A stretch of 64,000 bases of DNA from the NCBI RefSeq assembly GCF_009914755.1, contig NC_060931.1. The stretch is one strand, 5' to 3'. The notes under the pieces were generated by a model that worked only from the letters and a program-made list of their open reading frames with translations, was not told where the DNA came from and ran no database searches. Positions 42,785-55,841 of the stretch are shown here, in pieces. A program made the position numbers and the translations under genes. The first letter of the stretch is position 1. Each line of letters starts with the position of its first letter. This DNA is from the human T2T-CHM13v2.0 reference genome, Homo sapiens.

Positions 42785-45115
42785 TTCATCTATTTCATCA
42801 TTTCATTTCATCCTTTCATTTCATCATTTCATCATTTCATCTAATTTCCTCATTTCATCATTTCATCTCATCATTTTATCATTTCATTTCATTCTTTCAT
42901 TTCATTTCATCATTTCATCTCAACATTTCATTTCATCATTTCACTTCATCTCATCATTTCATCATTTCATCTCATCATTTCATTTCATCTCGTCATTTCA
43001 TTTCATCTCATCATTTCATGTTTTCATCTCATCATTTCATCATTTCATTTCATGTTTTCATCTCATTTCATTTCATCATTTCATTTCATTTATTTCATCA
43101 TTTCATCATTTGACTTCATGTCATCATTTCATTATTTCATATCATTTCATCATTTCTTCTTTTCATTCCATCATCATTTCACTTCATCATTTCATTTCCT
43201 CATTTCATCTCATTTCATCCTTTCATGTCATTATTTCATTTCATAATTTCTTCTCATTGTTGCATTTCGTCATTTCATCATTTCATCATTTCACTTCATC
43301 TCATCATTTCTTCATCTCATGATTTCATTTCATCTCATCATTTCATCTCATTTCATTTCATCCGTCATTTAATTTCATCATTTCATTTCATCTTTTCATC
43401 TCGTCATTTCATTTGATCATTTCATTTCATCAATTCATCATTTCATCTCATTTCATTATTTCATCATTTAATCATTTCACTTCATTTCATCATTTCATTT
43501 CATTTCATCATTTCATATCATTTCTTCATTTCACCATTTGATCTTTTCATTTCATGTCATCTTTTCATCATTTCATTTCATCATTTCACTTATCATTTCA
43601 TTTCATTTCATTTCCTCATTTCATTTCAACATTTCATCATTTCATTTCATCATTCCATTTCATCATTTCATTACATTTCATCATTTCATCATTTCACTTC
43701 ATCTCTTCATTTCATCTTTCATTGCATTATTTCATCTCATCATTTCATCATTTCATTTCATCTCATCATTTCATCATTTCATCTCATCGTTTCATTTCAT
43801 CTCATCATTTCATCATTTCATTTCATTTCATCTTTTCATCTCATTTCATCAATTCATTATTTCATCTCATCATTTCATCTAATTTCATTGCACTTCATTT
43901 CATTGTTTCATTTCATTTCATCATTTCATTTCATCACTGCATCTCAACATTTCTTTTCGTTATTTCACTTCATCTCATTTCATCATTTCATCTCATGATT
44001 TCATTTCATCTCATTTCATTTCATCTTATCATCTCATCATTTCATCATTTCATCTCATTTCATCATTTCATTTCATTTATTTCATCATTTCATCATTTGA
44101 CTTCATGTCATTTCATCATTTCATATCATTTCATCATTTCATCTTTTCATTCCATCATTTCACTTCATTTCATTTCCTCATATCATCATTTCATTTCATC
44201 CTTTCATTTTATCCCATTTCATCCTTTCATTATTTCATTTCATCATTTCTTCTCATTGTTGCATTTCGTCATTTCATCATTTCATCATTTCACTTCATCT
44301 CATCATTTCATCATCTCATGATTTCATTTCATCTCATCATTTCATCTCATTTCATCTTTTCATCTCGTCATTTCATCATTTTTCATCTTTTCATCTCGTC
44401 ATTTCATTTGATCATTTCATTACATCAATTCATCCTTTCATCATTTCATTTCATTTATTTGATCATTTAATCATTTCACTTCATCATTTCATTTCATCAT
44501 TTCATATCATTTCTTTATTTCACCATTTGATCTTTTCATTTCATTTCATCATTTCATCATTTCACTTCATCATTTCATTTCATCATTCCATTTCATCATT
44601 CCATTTCATCATTTCATTACATTTCATCATTTCATCCTTTCACTTCATCTCATCATTTCATCTTTCATTATATTATTTCATTTCATCTCATCATTTCATT
44701 TCATCATTTCACTTCATCTCATCATTTCATCTCATTTCATTTCATCTCATCATTTCATTTCATCTTTTCATCTCTTCATTTCATTTAATCATTTCGTTTC
44801 TTTTCAACTTTTCATCTCATCATTTCATCAATTCATCATTTAATTTCATTTTTTCATCATTTCATCATTCACTTCATTTCATCATTTCATTTCATCATTT
44901 CATATCATTTCCTCAATTCATCATTTCATCATTTCATTTCATTTCATCATTTCATCATTTCATTTCATCATTTCACTTATTTCATTTCATTATTTCATAT
45001 CATTCCATTTCATCATTTCATTTCATTTCATCCTTTCATCATTTCATCTCATTATTTCATTTCTTCATTTCATCATTTCGTTTCATTTCATCATTTCATC
45101 ATTTCATTTCATTTC
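42785..45115 (+). repeat. (CATTT)n / (CATCATTT)n satellite-like array
   Basis: 2.3 kb of CATTT, CAT and CATCT units with almost no G on the + strand. Confidence 0.95.
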
Positions 45116-45984
45116 AGTGTTACATGTTTTTAAGTTCTAATGCGATGCCCAGGAGACACCCTATTTCCCTTTGTAAAACACCTCCTTCAACAAAAGGCAA
45201 CTTCTCATGGCTGGCTAAGTCTACAGGGATACCAGCCTCTCTTCAACCACCCAATTTCATTTAGAACCTCAAACAGCACCTCAGTTTCATAAAAACCTAA
45301 AACATAAACACAACACTTGGTTGTAAGTGAGCCAACAGTTTCTTGTCTCTTTCTCTGCTCAAGGCTTAAGGCCGTGTCTCCCCAACTACATTCAGTGGAA
45401 GAAAAGATCCCATGGACAAATAAGTTTGAGAATTGTTGTTGCAGGAATTCTCAGAACTTTCAAAACACAAATCCTTATCCGCAGGGATCTTCAGGAGGTA
45501 GATGGCTGATGCAGCACAACTTTCTTTCACAGGAGTATCTTGCAGAATACAGTATGAGATACAGAAAGCCTGCATTGAGTCTTTTTAATGGCCTGGGCCT
45601 TGGTGGGGGTGGGGTAGGAGCTTTCCAGATAGCATCTAATGAGTAGGAACATTCAGGTGGCTTTTTTTTTTCCTTATTGGCAAAACAGTGTGTACACCAT
45701 GAATGAAGCTGGTCTCCCTTATCCATGTCAAAACTAAACCCAAATTAATTGGCTAAATTGAGACCCAACACCTCCAGGAGCCACGCGGCAGAAAGCCCCA
45801 ACAAACTTTAAATTAGCTTACCTCATCATATTTGAGGAAAGCAAAACGCTTATGACGAGTACGCTGCTAATACAAGTCTACAGATAATGCTGCATGAAAA
45901 ACCGGTTTTTCCAATCATAGCTGGCATAGTCCACATTTTGCATTACACTTTCTCCCCCCTTTTTAAAATTTTAAACACAGGTCT

Positions 45985-46137
45985 TTTTCTCTTCTTTTTT
46001 TAAATTTTAATTAAATTATACAAGACGGAGTCTCAGTATGTTGCCCAGGCTGGTCTTCAACTCCTGAGCTCAAGCGATACATCCGTCTCCGCCTCCCAAA
46101 TTGCTGAGATTACAGGCCTGAGACACCGTGCCTGGCC
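45985..46137 (-). mobile_element. FLAM-type Alu monomer
   Basis: Left-arm-only Alu; flanking TTAAACACAGGTCTT and TTAAACACAAATCTT look like a TSD. Confidence 0.8.
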
Positions 46138-46501
46138 TTAAACACAAATCTTAATTCATTCTTACAATTATTCTGAGGTTACAAAAATGGAAGGGGAAGA
46201 AAAATGGCAAGCAGGTAGGCTGACTTCGGCTTCATTATTCGGAAGGACAGTTTGCTCGGTTAAAACACACTACTGCCTACAAAGGCCAAGACAACAGAAA
46301 AATACACACTTACATAAATAGATTTCATACGTGACAGGAGTTTGAATGGAGACTTTTTCAATGCAATGAGAAACAGCTGTGCTTGGGAATAAATGACAAC
46401 GAATTTTTTATCTCAACAGCTGTCCTGAGAGCCTGTCTCTACATCTCTACCTGCATTCTGGAATCAGGGAGAAAGCCAAAACAGACGACAAGACACTAGA
46501 T

Positions 46502-46690
46502 CAGCTGTGTCCAACCCTTTGACTACAAGGACTTTTCCGCCTATCTGTGGTGGTGGGTATCATGAAAATTATGCACAAACTTTTTTTTTTTAAGCTCATC
46601 AGCAGTTTTTAGCATTAGTGTATTTTATGTGCGGCCCAGGAGCATCCTTCTTCTAATGTGGCCCTGAGAAGCCAAAAGACTGGACACCTG
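46502..46690 (-). mobile_element. MER30 (hAT) element
   Basis: TIR-like CAGCTGTGTCCAA..TGGACACCTG; TTTTATGTGCGGCCCAG..ATGTGGCCCTGAGAAGCCAAAAGA. Confidence 0.75.
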
Positions 46691-46811
46691 TGCAGTACAT
46701 CAAAAGGCTACTCCTTCTGGAAGCAATTGTAAAGAATTTCTGACATTATCTTGACATGAAAACCAATGGATAGTGGGACAGAATGCAAAATCTTCAAGAA
46801 TTTTTTCTGTC

Positions 46812-47075
46812 TTTTTTTTTTTTTTTTTGAGTCACGGTCTTGCTCTGTGGCCCAGGCTGGAGTACACTGGTGAGATCACAGCTCAGTGGAGGATCAAGTG
46901 CTCCTCCCGCCTCAGCCACAGTAGTAGCTGGGACTACAGATGCGCACAACCACCCCTGGCTAACATTTTATTTTTTGTAGAGATGGGGGTCTCACTATAT
47001 TGTCCAGGTTGGTCTCAAACTCCTTGACTCAAGGGATCCAGGACAGGATAACAGGTGGGAGCCACCACACCTGGC
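46812..47075 (-). mobile_element. AluJ with internal deletions
   Basis: T tail, GATCACAGCTCA, TCCTCCCGCCTCAGCC and GTCTCACTATATTGTCCAGG are AluJ-type motifs. Confidence 0.85.
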
Positions 47076-47544
47076 CATGTGCATGAACTTTTAAGACAAA
47101 CACAAGGCCCCACAAAAGTTAAGGTTTTCCCACCTAATTTCCATGGGGGATCTTTTGGTGCAAGCCTGAGAAGCCCTTAAAAGTACACAGACAACTCCAA
47201 AGATTCAAGACAGTTCATTTCGGCTGAGCCAGCCCACTGGTCAGACTGACCTTCAAAAAAGGCCCACCCATGACATACACCAGATGGCTGTCCAAGAATC
47301 TCTTCAGTCCTCAGGGTCCCTAAGGTACTGGACAGAGCTAGGAAAGCAAACCCATTTGCTTCTTCCTGCAGGAAACCCCTTGAGGTCAAGACCCCACAAT
47401 CAGACGAGGATGGAGTGGCTCACCCTCAGTCAACAGGCCAGACTCAAGGTGGTGTAATGTCTTAACCAAGGGTGCGGGCCTCCAGGTCTGACTCCCAACT
47501 CAGTTCTTCTTTAATAACCACACTTTGTTAATTCTCCTTAACAG

Positions 47545-47620
47545 GGGTTCCTGGCAAGTCAGTTCTCCTTCAGGCCTTCGGTTTCCTCACCTACAAGATG
47601 AGAGGGCTGGACCAGATGGA
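47545..47620 (+). mobile_element. MIR fragment
   Basis: GGCAAGTCAGTT..GCCTTCGGTTTCCTCACCTACAAGATGAGAGGGCTGGACCAGATG. Confidence 0.7.
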
Positions 47621-47905
47621 AATTCAGAGGGTAAGGGGATGTCCGCGCGCAGCCCACCCCCACCCCCACGGGACCCTGGAGCCTCCATCTCAGTTCCCAC
47701 CACGCACCAGCTCCACAAATCCTACCCAAGGTGAGGGCTGTTCCTGGGTCCTCCGGCTGGCACATCAGCGAGCGCAGGAGGGAGGGGAAGCCTCCAAGGG
47801 GGTGACATGGGCTCAAGGATGCAACTCGGCCAGGAGTCAACTGCGGCCCCGAAGGAGGTGTCCGGGCCGCTCCTGGATCCCAGCCCGGGTCCCCGAACCC
47901 CTTAC

Positions 47906-48133
47906 CTCCAGGGTCTGTATCTCCTGCTGGGTGAGGTCGTTGGACACAGCGCACTTGGTGCACAGCCCGCACAGGCTGCCAATGAAGATGACGATGAGCT
48001 TCTGGAGCTGCCCGCACTGTTGCAGCGCCCGGCTGGCCACAGCCCCTGCGCCACCCTCCGCGGCCGCAGCAGCACCGCCGCCACCGCCCTCCTTCTCTCC
48101 CATTGCCTCCGCGCGCAGTGCCGCTCTATGCAG
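47906..48133 (-). pseudogene. KSR1P: Unprocessed KSR1 exon-1 pseudogene fragment (KSR1P1-like; N-terminal CA1/coiled-coil part of CC-SAM)
   Basis: Translates [76 protein letters not shown], against recalled KSR1 [77 protein letters not shown]. Similarity stops at an intact donor GAG|GTAAG (47906/47905). No further KSR1 exon was recognised. Confidence 0.93.
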
Positions 48134-48290
48134 GCCACAAGGGCCTAGGCAGGGAGCCTGGGGCGCCGGCGCCTAGGCAAGAAACCCCTGAGCCAGGAGA
48201 GCTGGACCAGGAGCGCCCCTCGGCGCTGCCCTTGCCAGGATGCCAGTAGATCTGGCAGCAGAGTCTGCTGCTCCGGCCCTCAGAGCCTCT

Positions 48291-49055
48291 GCGGCGGGGA
48301 CAAAAATCCTCGGCGGCGGGGGCAAAAAGCCCCGGTGGCAAAAAGCGGCGGCGGCGGGGGCATAAAGTCGCGGCGGCAAAAAGCCCCGGCGGCGGGGACA
48401 AAAAGCCACTGCGGCGGGGGCAAAAAGCGGCGACGACAGAGACAAAAATTCGCAGCGGCAAAAAGCCGCAGCGGGGGCAAAAAGGCATGGCGGCGGGGGC
48501 ACAAAGACGCAAAAAACCGCGGCAGCGGAGGGCAAAAAGCCGCAGCGGCGGACGGCAAAAAGCAGCGACCTCGGGGGGCAAAAAGCCGAGGCGGCGGGGG
48601 TGCAAAAAGCCGCGGCCGGCAAAAAGCCGCAGCGGCGGGGGGACAAAAAGACGCGGCGGCGGGGGGCAAAAAGCCGCGGCGGCGGCGGTGCAAAAAGCTG
48701 CAGCGGCGGGGGAGCAAAAAGCCGGGTCAGGCAAAAAGCCGCCACGGCGGGGGGCAAAAAGCCTTGGCGGGCAAAAATCCGCAGCGGCGGGGGGCAAAAA
48801 GCCGCTGCAGGCATAAACCCGATGCGGCGGGGGGGCAAAAAACCGCGGTGGGGAAAAAGCCGCGGCGGCGGGGGGCAAAAAGCCAGGGCGGGGAAAAAGC
48901 CGCGGCCGGCAAATAACCGCGGCACAGGCGGGGGCAAAAAGCCGCGTCGGCGGGGGGGCAAAAAGCTGCGGCGGGCAAATAACCGCGGCACGGGTGTGGG
49001 GGGGCAAAAACCGCGGTGATGGGGGCCAAAACGCCGCGGCGGCGGAGGGCAAAAT
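48291..49055 (+). repeat. GC-rich pericentromeric repeat, CAAAAAGCGGG / GGGCAAAAAGCCG type
   Basis: Tandem ~19-25-bp units of GCGGCGGGGGCAAAAAGCC. Confidence 0.92.
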
Positions 49056-51439
49056 AGTGGAGATGGGGTAGAAGGCAGGCACAGCTTGGCATTTCTGGAG
49101 TGTGATGTGATAGGAATTGTGCAGTCAAAGACAAAAAAAGTTGTAAGTAGGCTTGACTCATTGCAGCTAAGAACCCAGATGTTATCTTGAGGGTATTAAC
49201 TAATAAGCAGTTTAAATCAGAATGGCACATTCTGATTTGTTTTTTGTATGTTCACATTTGGCAGGCATAGATACTGTTTGAAGAGAGAAAAGTCAGTAGA
49301 GAGAGGTAACAAACTTAAATATGTGCCAAGTCTAGAAACAAGAGACCAGGGGGATAAAGACCTTTCGAAATAAAATGCAAGATTTGAAAACTGATTGGCT
49401 GGGGGATGAGGAAAAGGCAGGTCTTTAAGGTCAATCGCTGTTTTGCTTTAAGTTGTTAGGGGGTGGTTTTTATCACATGTTGTAGAATATGTCATTTCAG
49501 TTTTAAACATCTTGAGTTAAATTGTCCTTACATATCTTATGAATTTGATTTTCTTCCCTGGGAAGCTAATATTTCAAACACTTAAAGAGTATATAGATCT
49601 CCAAATTGTATCCAATTTATAAAATTATCTCTAGGCTGCTGATTTCAGGAGGAGGCTCATGAATATTCTCTTTGCAGAGAATATATCAGGAGTTAACAAC
49701 AGCTTCAATATTTTTGGACGACCAGTTAACTAAGCCACCTCTTAGTGTCTTTAGTTGGGAAATCTTAGCTGAAGATATTCAATAATGAACCAAGAGTGAC
49801 TAAAAAATTCAATATTTAAGTATATTTCATTGTAATTAATTTGAATTGAAGTAGCCATATACAGCTAATATTTACTACATTGAACAATGCAAATAAGAGG
49901 AAAAAATTAATAACCATCTCTAATACCACATGCCAAAATCCTCATAAATTTATTCTAGCTAAAGGAGTTGATCAGAAGCAGCAGTTGAAAGCACCAACTA
50001 AACCAGCTGGGGTTAGTTCACTATCATTCTCTCAGAACCATCTCTTCTCTCAACAAAACAAGTACAAGAATTCATTGTGAATCTGCATTCTCCTTGCCTA
50101 TTTTAAGGTATTCATGTTGACACTAGTTTGTGAAATCCCTCCTGTGGTGTGATATTTCGTTTTCCTTGCTTTCTGTTAGGACAAGAATGCTTCAGCTCTT
50201 AATTTAAAATTATGTTTCTCCCTCCTAGGTTGAGTGAACTTAGAATGCGTTCTCTGACATATCCAAGATTTTGTTAATATGAATTTCGGGAAAAAAGCAT
50301 ACTTAATTAGCTAAGACTTATTATTCTAGGCTTGACCCTATGTTCTACATCTTTTGAATTTCTAGTTGCATGGGCTGCTCTCTGACACTGGTTAGTGACC
50401 TGGAAGCTATATTAATGTTAAGGGAGGTGGTGTATGAGCATTACAGGTATCCTTGCAAGGAAAGACTTGTCTTACCTCAATATGTCTTTTTTTTGCACAC
50501 AAGAAAGTCAATGTCTGAGTCTTCTAAAATCTTCCTATTTCCAAGTTGCAGAGCACCATTGATTCCTAAACAAAGACCTAATTTTTGACTCAGAGATGTG
50601 GCAAGGTAGTGAATCACCATTATAATTCAGCAATCTTCAAGATAAAATTATCTCTGATATTTAGATTTTGCCCAATTATTAAGATATTTGGGTGTTTCGT
50701 TAAGAATGGAAGACTCTAGTCTCTTGAGCAGAGACTATAAAGGCCTCAGATGATCATTTTTAATTTTATGCTCTTTTCTTTAACACCTTCAACACAGTTG
50801 GAAGCAGCCGATATTTCCCAGAGTTGTTGTGTTTTTTAAACCAAATGAATGGTTCAGTGGTAGAAAAGTGGGCTGACCCAAGCTGTTTTCAGTAAACACT
50901 TCATTTCAGGTGACCTATTTCATATTAAATAATCTCTAGATCCTGTCTTTGAAACTAACTAGATCAGATAACCTACCCTGGATTTTCTCCTTTTAGGGTC
51001 AGTGAGCTGCAGTCACTTTTGTGAAAATGACTGCAATGACAAGATAGAGTTGTAGATGGGGAAAGTATTTTGACTAATTTAAGCATAGTGGTATTTCATA
51101 TGAGAATTTAAGTTACACACATTTGAAAATTATAATGGAGTCTCTTGGCTGAGCTTTAAAAAAAAGTGTTTAGACTAAAAAGGGAACTGCTACCTCTCCT
51201 AAAATCAGAAAGATGTTACAGTAATTCTCCATTCTCTAGAAGTATCAAGAAGCACCTTTGTGATGATTTACTTTTGCTCTTGGGAGTGTGAGTCCGTGTA
51301 GTCGTGGAACCATCAATTAGAATGGTGGCTTTCTGATCCCAAAGTCATTCGTTCTGAAAACAATATTTTTCATAAATTTGAAAGTGAGAAGTTTTGATCT
51401 TGCCATTCCCAAGTATCTCTCTTAATAAGAGACATCAGC

Positions 51440-52230
51440 ATGCTTCAGTGACAGCTGTCACCTTCCAGTGCTGAGAGTCATCTTTGAGTTCTCCATTTCA
51501 CTCCCTACACTCCAATTTAGCTGCAGTTCTCTTGGCCATTCCTATGAAATACATCCATGGCCTAACGACTTCTCACCACTACTACCATTCATCCTGACAG
51601 CATTCTCACCTAAGTCACTACCTTTTTTCTCTGGATTAGAGTAGCCTCCCAATTTATTTGCTCACATAACCTATTTATTCTACACAGTGAACCAGATACA
51701 CCCCTTTGAAATGCAAACACAATCATGTTATTCTCTGGTGAAATTATCTCATATATTCCTATCGCATTTAAAATTAATTCAGAATCATCATGATTATCAA
51801 AACCCTACATGCTCTTCCACAACATGGTTTACTTCCAAGATATCTCTTCAACTTTTTTTCACTGTACTGAATTGGTGACTAATAGTCATATTTTTGTTTT
51901 TGCTCAAAAAGTCTTGACTTGTAAATTTTTCATTTTCTCCTTTATCCACAGGTAACTCTTTCCTCATAAGATGAATTGCTTGCTTCCTTGAGTTCTGCTC
52001 TCAAAGATACCCTTCATTTTCTACCTAATATTAATAACTTTAATCATTCATTATTCCATTACTATGCTCTATAGTGTATACAATTTCTGTTCTTTGTCAT
52101 GTTATTAACTAAATTATTTATTTGGTCCAGTAACGTATTCCATAAATATTGTACACATAAAAATTGTGTTATTTTTATTCCTGTATGGTCAGCTGCCCAA
52201 TAACATTCTGAGGATTAACATATTTGTTAA
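51440..52230 (+). mobile_element. L2 fragment
   Basis: GAGTCATCTTTGAGTTCTCC, CTTCTCACCACTACTACC and CTCTGGATTAGAGTAGCCTCC are L2-type motifs. Confidence 0.6.
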
Positions 52231-52569
52231 ATACACAAATACATTCTTTCACAAATATTAGTTTAATAATTTTATATTAAACTCCCTCTATACTTACAAT
52301 ATGAATCAGATAATTCAGAATAAACATTCCATGGGAAAAAACTACACAATTTGTTATAAAACATCCTTAAAAGCATCAGAAAGTTAATACAGCAATGAAG
52401 AATTACAGGACCAAATTAAGAATGGTATGAAAGCCTGTTTGTGACGCTTATGTTTGGGTTATCTCTTTACTTAGAGTGACTATAAATCTCAAAAGAGAAC
52501 TAAAGGGAGAAATAACCGTATCTACTAACATGGTAAGAGTACTTAAACACCTCTTAGTAATTGAGAAAA

Positions 52570-52710
52570 TTGAAAGAAAAAAAGAGAAAGGGAGAAAGAG
52601 AAACAGCGGAAGGGATAATGAAGGAGAGAAAGAAGAAGAGAAAGGAAGAGGAAGAAAAGAAAAAAGGAGGAGGGGGGAGGGAGGAAGAAAGAAAGGTGAA
52701 AAGAAAGAAT
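52570..52710 (+). repeat. GA-rich low-complexity tract
   Basis: Almost entirely A and G. Confidence 0.85.
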
Positions 52711-52744
52711 GGTAAAGTTTTTAACAACATAATTTATCCTTCTA

Positions 52745-54270
52745 GAATATGAATGTTGGTCTATTTGATGATGTCCCACAGATTCATTAGTCTCTGCTCA
52801 TTGTTTATTTTTTATTCTTTCTGTTTCTCAGAGTCAGTATTTTCCATTTTCTTCTCTTCAAGTTCATGGTTTCTTCTGTGTGTGCAAATATACTCTTAAA
52901 TCCCTCTGGTGATTTTTAAATTTTTATCATTGTAGTTTTCCACTCCAGAATTTCTGTTATCTCTTTGCTGATATTCCTACTTTTTAACATTTTTTCTGAT
53001 TCCTTTATTTCTTTGTTTATGTTTTCCTTTTGACATTTGAGTATAATGAAGAGAGTTGTTTTAAAGTCTTTGTCTGGTAAGTTTGATGTCTGGGTTTCCT
53101 TAGGGATATTTTCTGTCAATTTATTTTGTTCCTTTGAATGAGCCACACTTTCCCATTCTTTGTATGCCTTGTAACGTTTTTTGAAAACTGGACATTCTAA
53201 TAATTATAATTACTATGTGGTTACTCTGTAAATCAGACCACCCCCTACAAACAAAGTAATGTTTTGTGGTTTTAAATTTTCTTTACTTATTATATTGTAA
53301 AGGATTTTTTTTTAGTGAAATTTTCCAAAGTGATTTACAAAACTGTTTGCTTTATAAGGTGTGGTCACCGAAGTCTTTTTGTTTCTTTAACAAATGTTAA
53401 GCTAATGTTTTGACAGTGATTTTCTTGTATGTCAGGAACCAATCAAACAGGCAAATACAAGAAAAACAAAAAGAAAAACAAGTAATAATTGTTCAGCAAA
53501 ATATGTCTCTAGGCCATGGAGACTGGCTTTGTGCTGGGTTCTTTAATGCCGGCACAAAGTGTGTGTTCACTCTTGCACTGAGTGAAGTTCAAGTTCACTC
53601 TTGCACAGAGCTTGCACTGAGGGGAGGGATCGGCCAAGGTAAAAGTGTAGGGTCTTCTTATGACATTTGTCAGCATGTGGCTTAACCTATGAATGCATGT
53701 AACTTTCTAGACTCTCCCATGTACGTGAATGATTTTGTATGTCTTAGTTTTTGAAATACTCTTCTCCAACTTTGCTTGCTGTGCTGAAGGTGATCTACTA
53801 TATGTGTAAATTTTAATTTTTGCCCTAAGCATCTGTGGTTTGTTAGGTCTCCTTGCAGAGTTCCTTAATAATGTCCATTCCTTATCTGTTCTGTATTCTA
53901 GCAACACAGAAAAAAAAAGCCTTTCATGAGTCCTTTAGGTATCCCCCAGACCAGTCAGAACAGACACATAATAATGTGCGGGTAAGATCTTCTCTTGTTC
54001 CTTTGGACCATAGACCAGGCTTCCTCACTGGGAACGTGGGCTTCTGACACTTCAAAACTGCCAATTTGCTGGGGCAAAGGCAAGTTAAAAATGTCGTAAA
54101 GTTTTCCAGTTGTCTTTTTCTTGGGTCGGCTTTCACTTGGTTGTTGTAATCTTTTGACCATTTTCCAGAGTTTTGGCAAAGTTTATTCGGACAGTTTCTC
54201 TTAGTTGTGTGATGTTTCTGTGGGGAAATGAAAGATTGCAGCTGTCTCCACTGCCATTTTGCTGATGCTC
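52745..54270 (-). mobile_element. Old L1M 5' UTR and ORF1 start
   Basis: ORF 52916..53146 MAHSKEQNKLTENIPKETQTSNLPDKDFKTT resembles an L1M ORF1p N-terminus; CTGCCATTTTGCTGATG resembles an L1 5' terminus. Confidence 0.7.
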
Positions 54271-54319
54271 CTCTTTTGTCAATTTTTGCTTCATGTTATT
54301 ATGCTTTGTTATTAGTTCA

Positions 54320-54750
54320 TGTATTAGTTTTCTAGGGCTGCCATAACCAAGTAACACAAACTGGGTGCCTTGAACAACATACATTTATAGTCTTATAGTC
54401 TTATAGTCCTGGAAGCTTAAAGTCTGAGATTGAGGTGTCAGCAGGGATGGTCCCTTCAAGGGCTATGAGAGATAGCCTGCTCTGTGCCTTGTTTCTTGTT
54501 TCTGGTGGTTTAGTGGCAGTCTTTGGCATTCCTTGGCTAATCTCTCCCCTCATAATCACATGGTACTCTCCCTGTGTGTATGTCTCCCTCTACTCAAATT
54601 TCTTCTTTTAACAAGGACATCAGTCATATTGAATTCAGGCTCATCTGATTATATCTTAACTTGATCAGCTGCAAAGAACCTATTTCCTAATGAGGTCATA
54701 TTCAGTGGTTAGAATTTCAGCATCTATATAGAGGAAACAATTTAGCTCCT
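54320..54750 (-). mobile_element. MLT1C-like MaLR LTR
   Basis: TGTATTAGTTTTCTAGGGCTGCCATAAC..AAGGACATCAGTCATATTG..CCTATTTCCTAATGAGGTCATATTC. Confidence 0.85.
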
Positions 54751-55423
54751 ATCTGTGCATACATGATTGTAATAGCTATGTCTTCCTAAAGCGTTGACCC
54801 CCTTTTTACTACAATATAAATTTTTAAAATCCTATTCACATTTTTAATAGTATATATTGTGTGTTATGAGTATAATGAGTTCAGTGTTCTTATGATTGCT
54901 CTTTGCATGATATTTTTTTGTCATCTTTTTACTTTCAATCAATTAGTATCCTTTCATCTCAGCGTATATTGGGATCACTTGTTTTAATCCAGTCTGACAA
55001 TCTCTGCCTCAAGAATGGATTTTAATCTGCTCACATTTAAGATTATAATTGGTATAATTCTATTTATGTCTGCCATTTTACCATTTGTTGTATATACTTC
55101 TCAAATATTTTTCTTTATTGCTTTATTTTGCAATGAAAGAATATTTTCTATAACAGGGAACTTTAGATTACTAATGAATTATTTTATTATATATTTTTGA
55201 GAATTTTTGTTGTTGTAAGTTTACCATATAGGTATATGGAAAATTAATTATTCAAATCATCTTCCAATTTATACTAGCAAACTTTTAGTAATACATAGAA
55301 ACATCATTCTTATATAAATCTCTTTTGTTTCCTCCATTTCAAGGTATTATCACTTTACACATTACATCTATTAAAGTTACAAAGCCAACAATACATTTAA
55401 GTAATTATTACTTTACCATCTAG

Positions 55424-55841
<418 letters not shown>

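Larger units (their letters stand above)
47640..49060. promoter_or_regulatory. CpG-island-like segment (KSR1 exon 1, upstream sequence and GC-rich repeat)
   Basis: Very high GC and CpG density against AT-rich flanks; activity not demonstrated. Confidence 0.6.

Noticed and set aside
42781-45264. His/Phe/Ile/Ser-rich ORFs up to 255 aa
   Set aside because: CATTT repeats rarely contain stop codons on this strand.
48241-48271. Two overlapping short hairpins upstream of KSR1 exon 1
   Set aside because: Stems of 6-8 bp are expected in GC-rich DNA.
48126-49230. ORFs up to 318 aa on both strands; 48173..48991 is in frame with KSR1 and separated by one TAG
   Set aside because: The GC-rich repeat is stop-poor in nearly every frame, so the frame coincidence is expected by chance.
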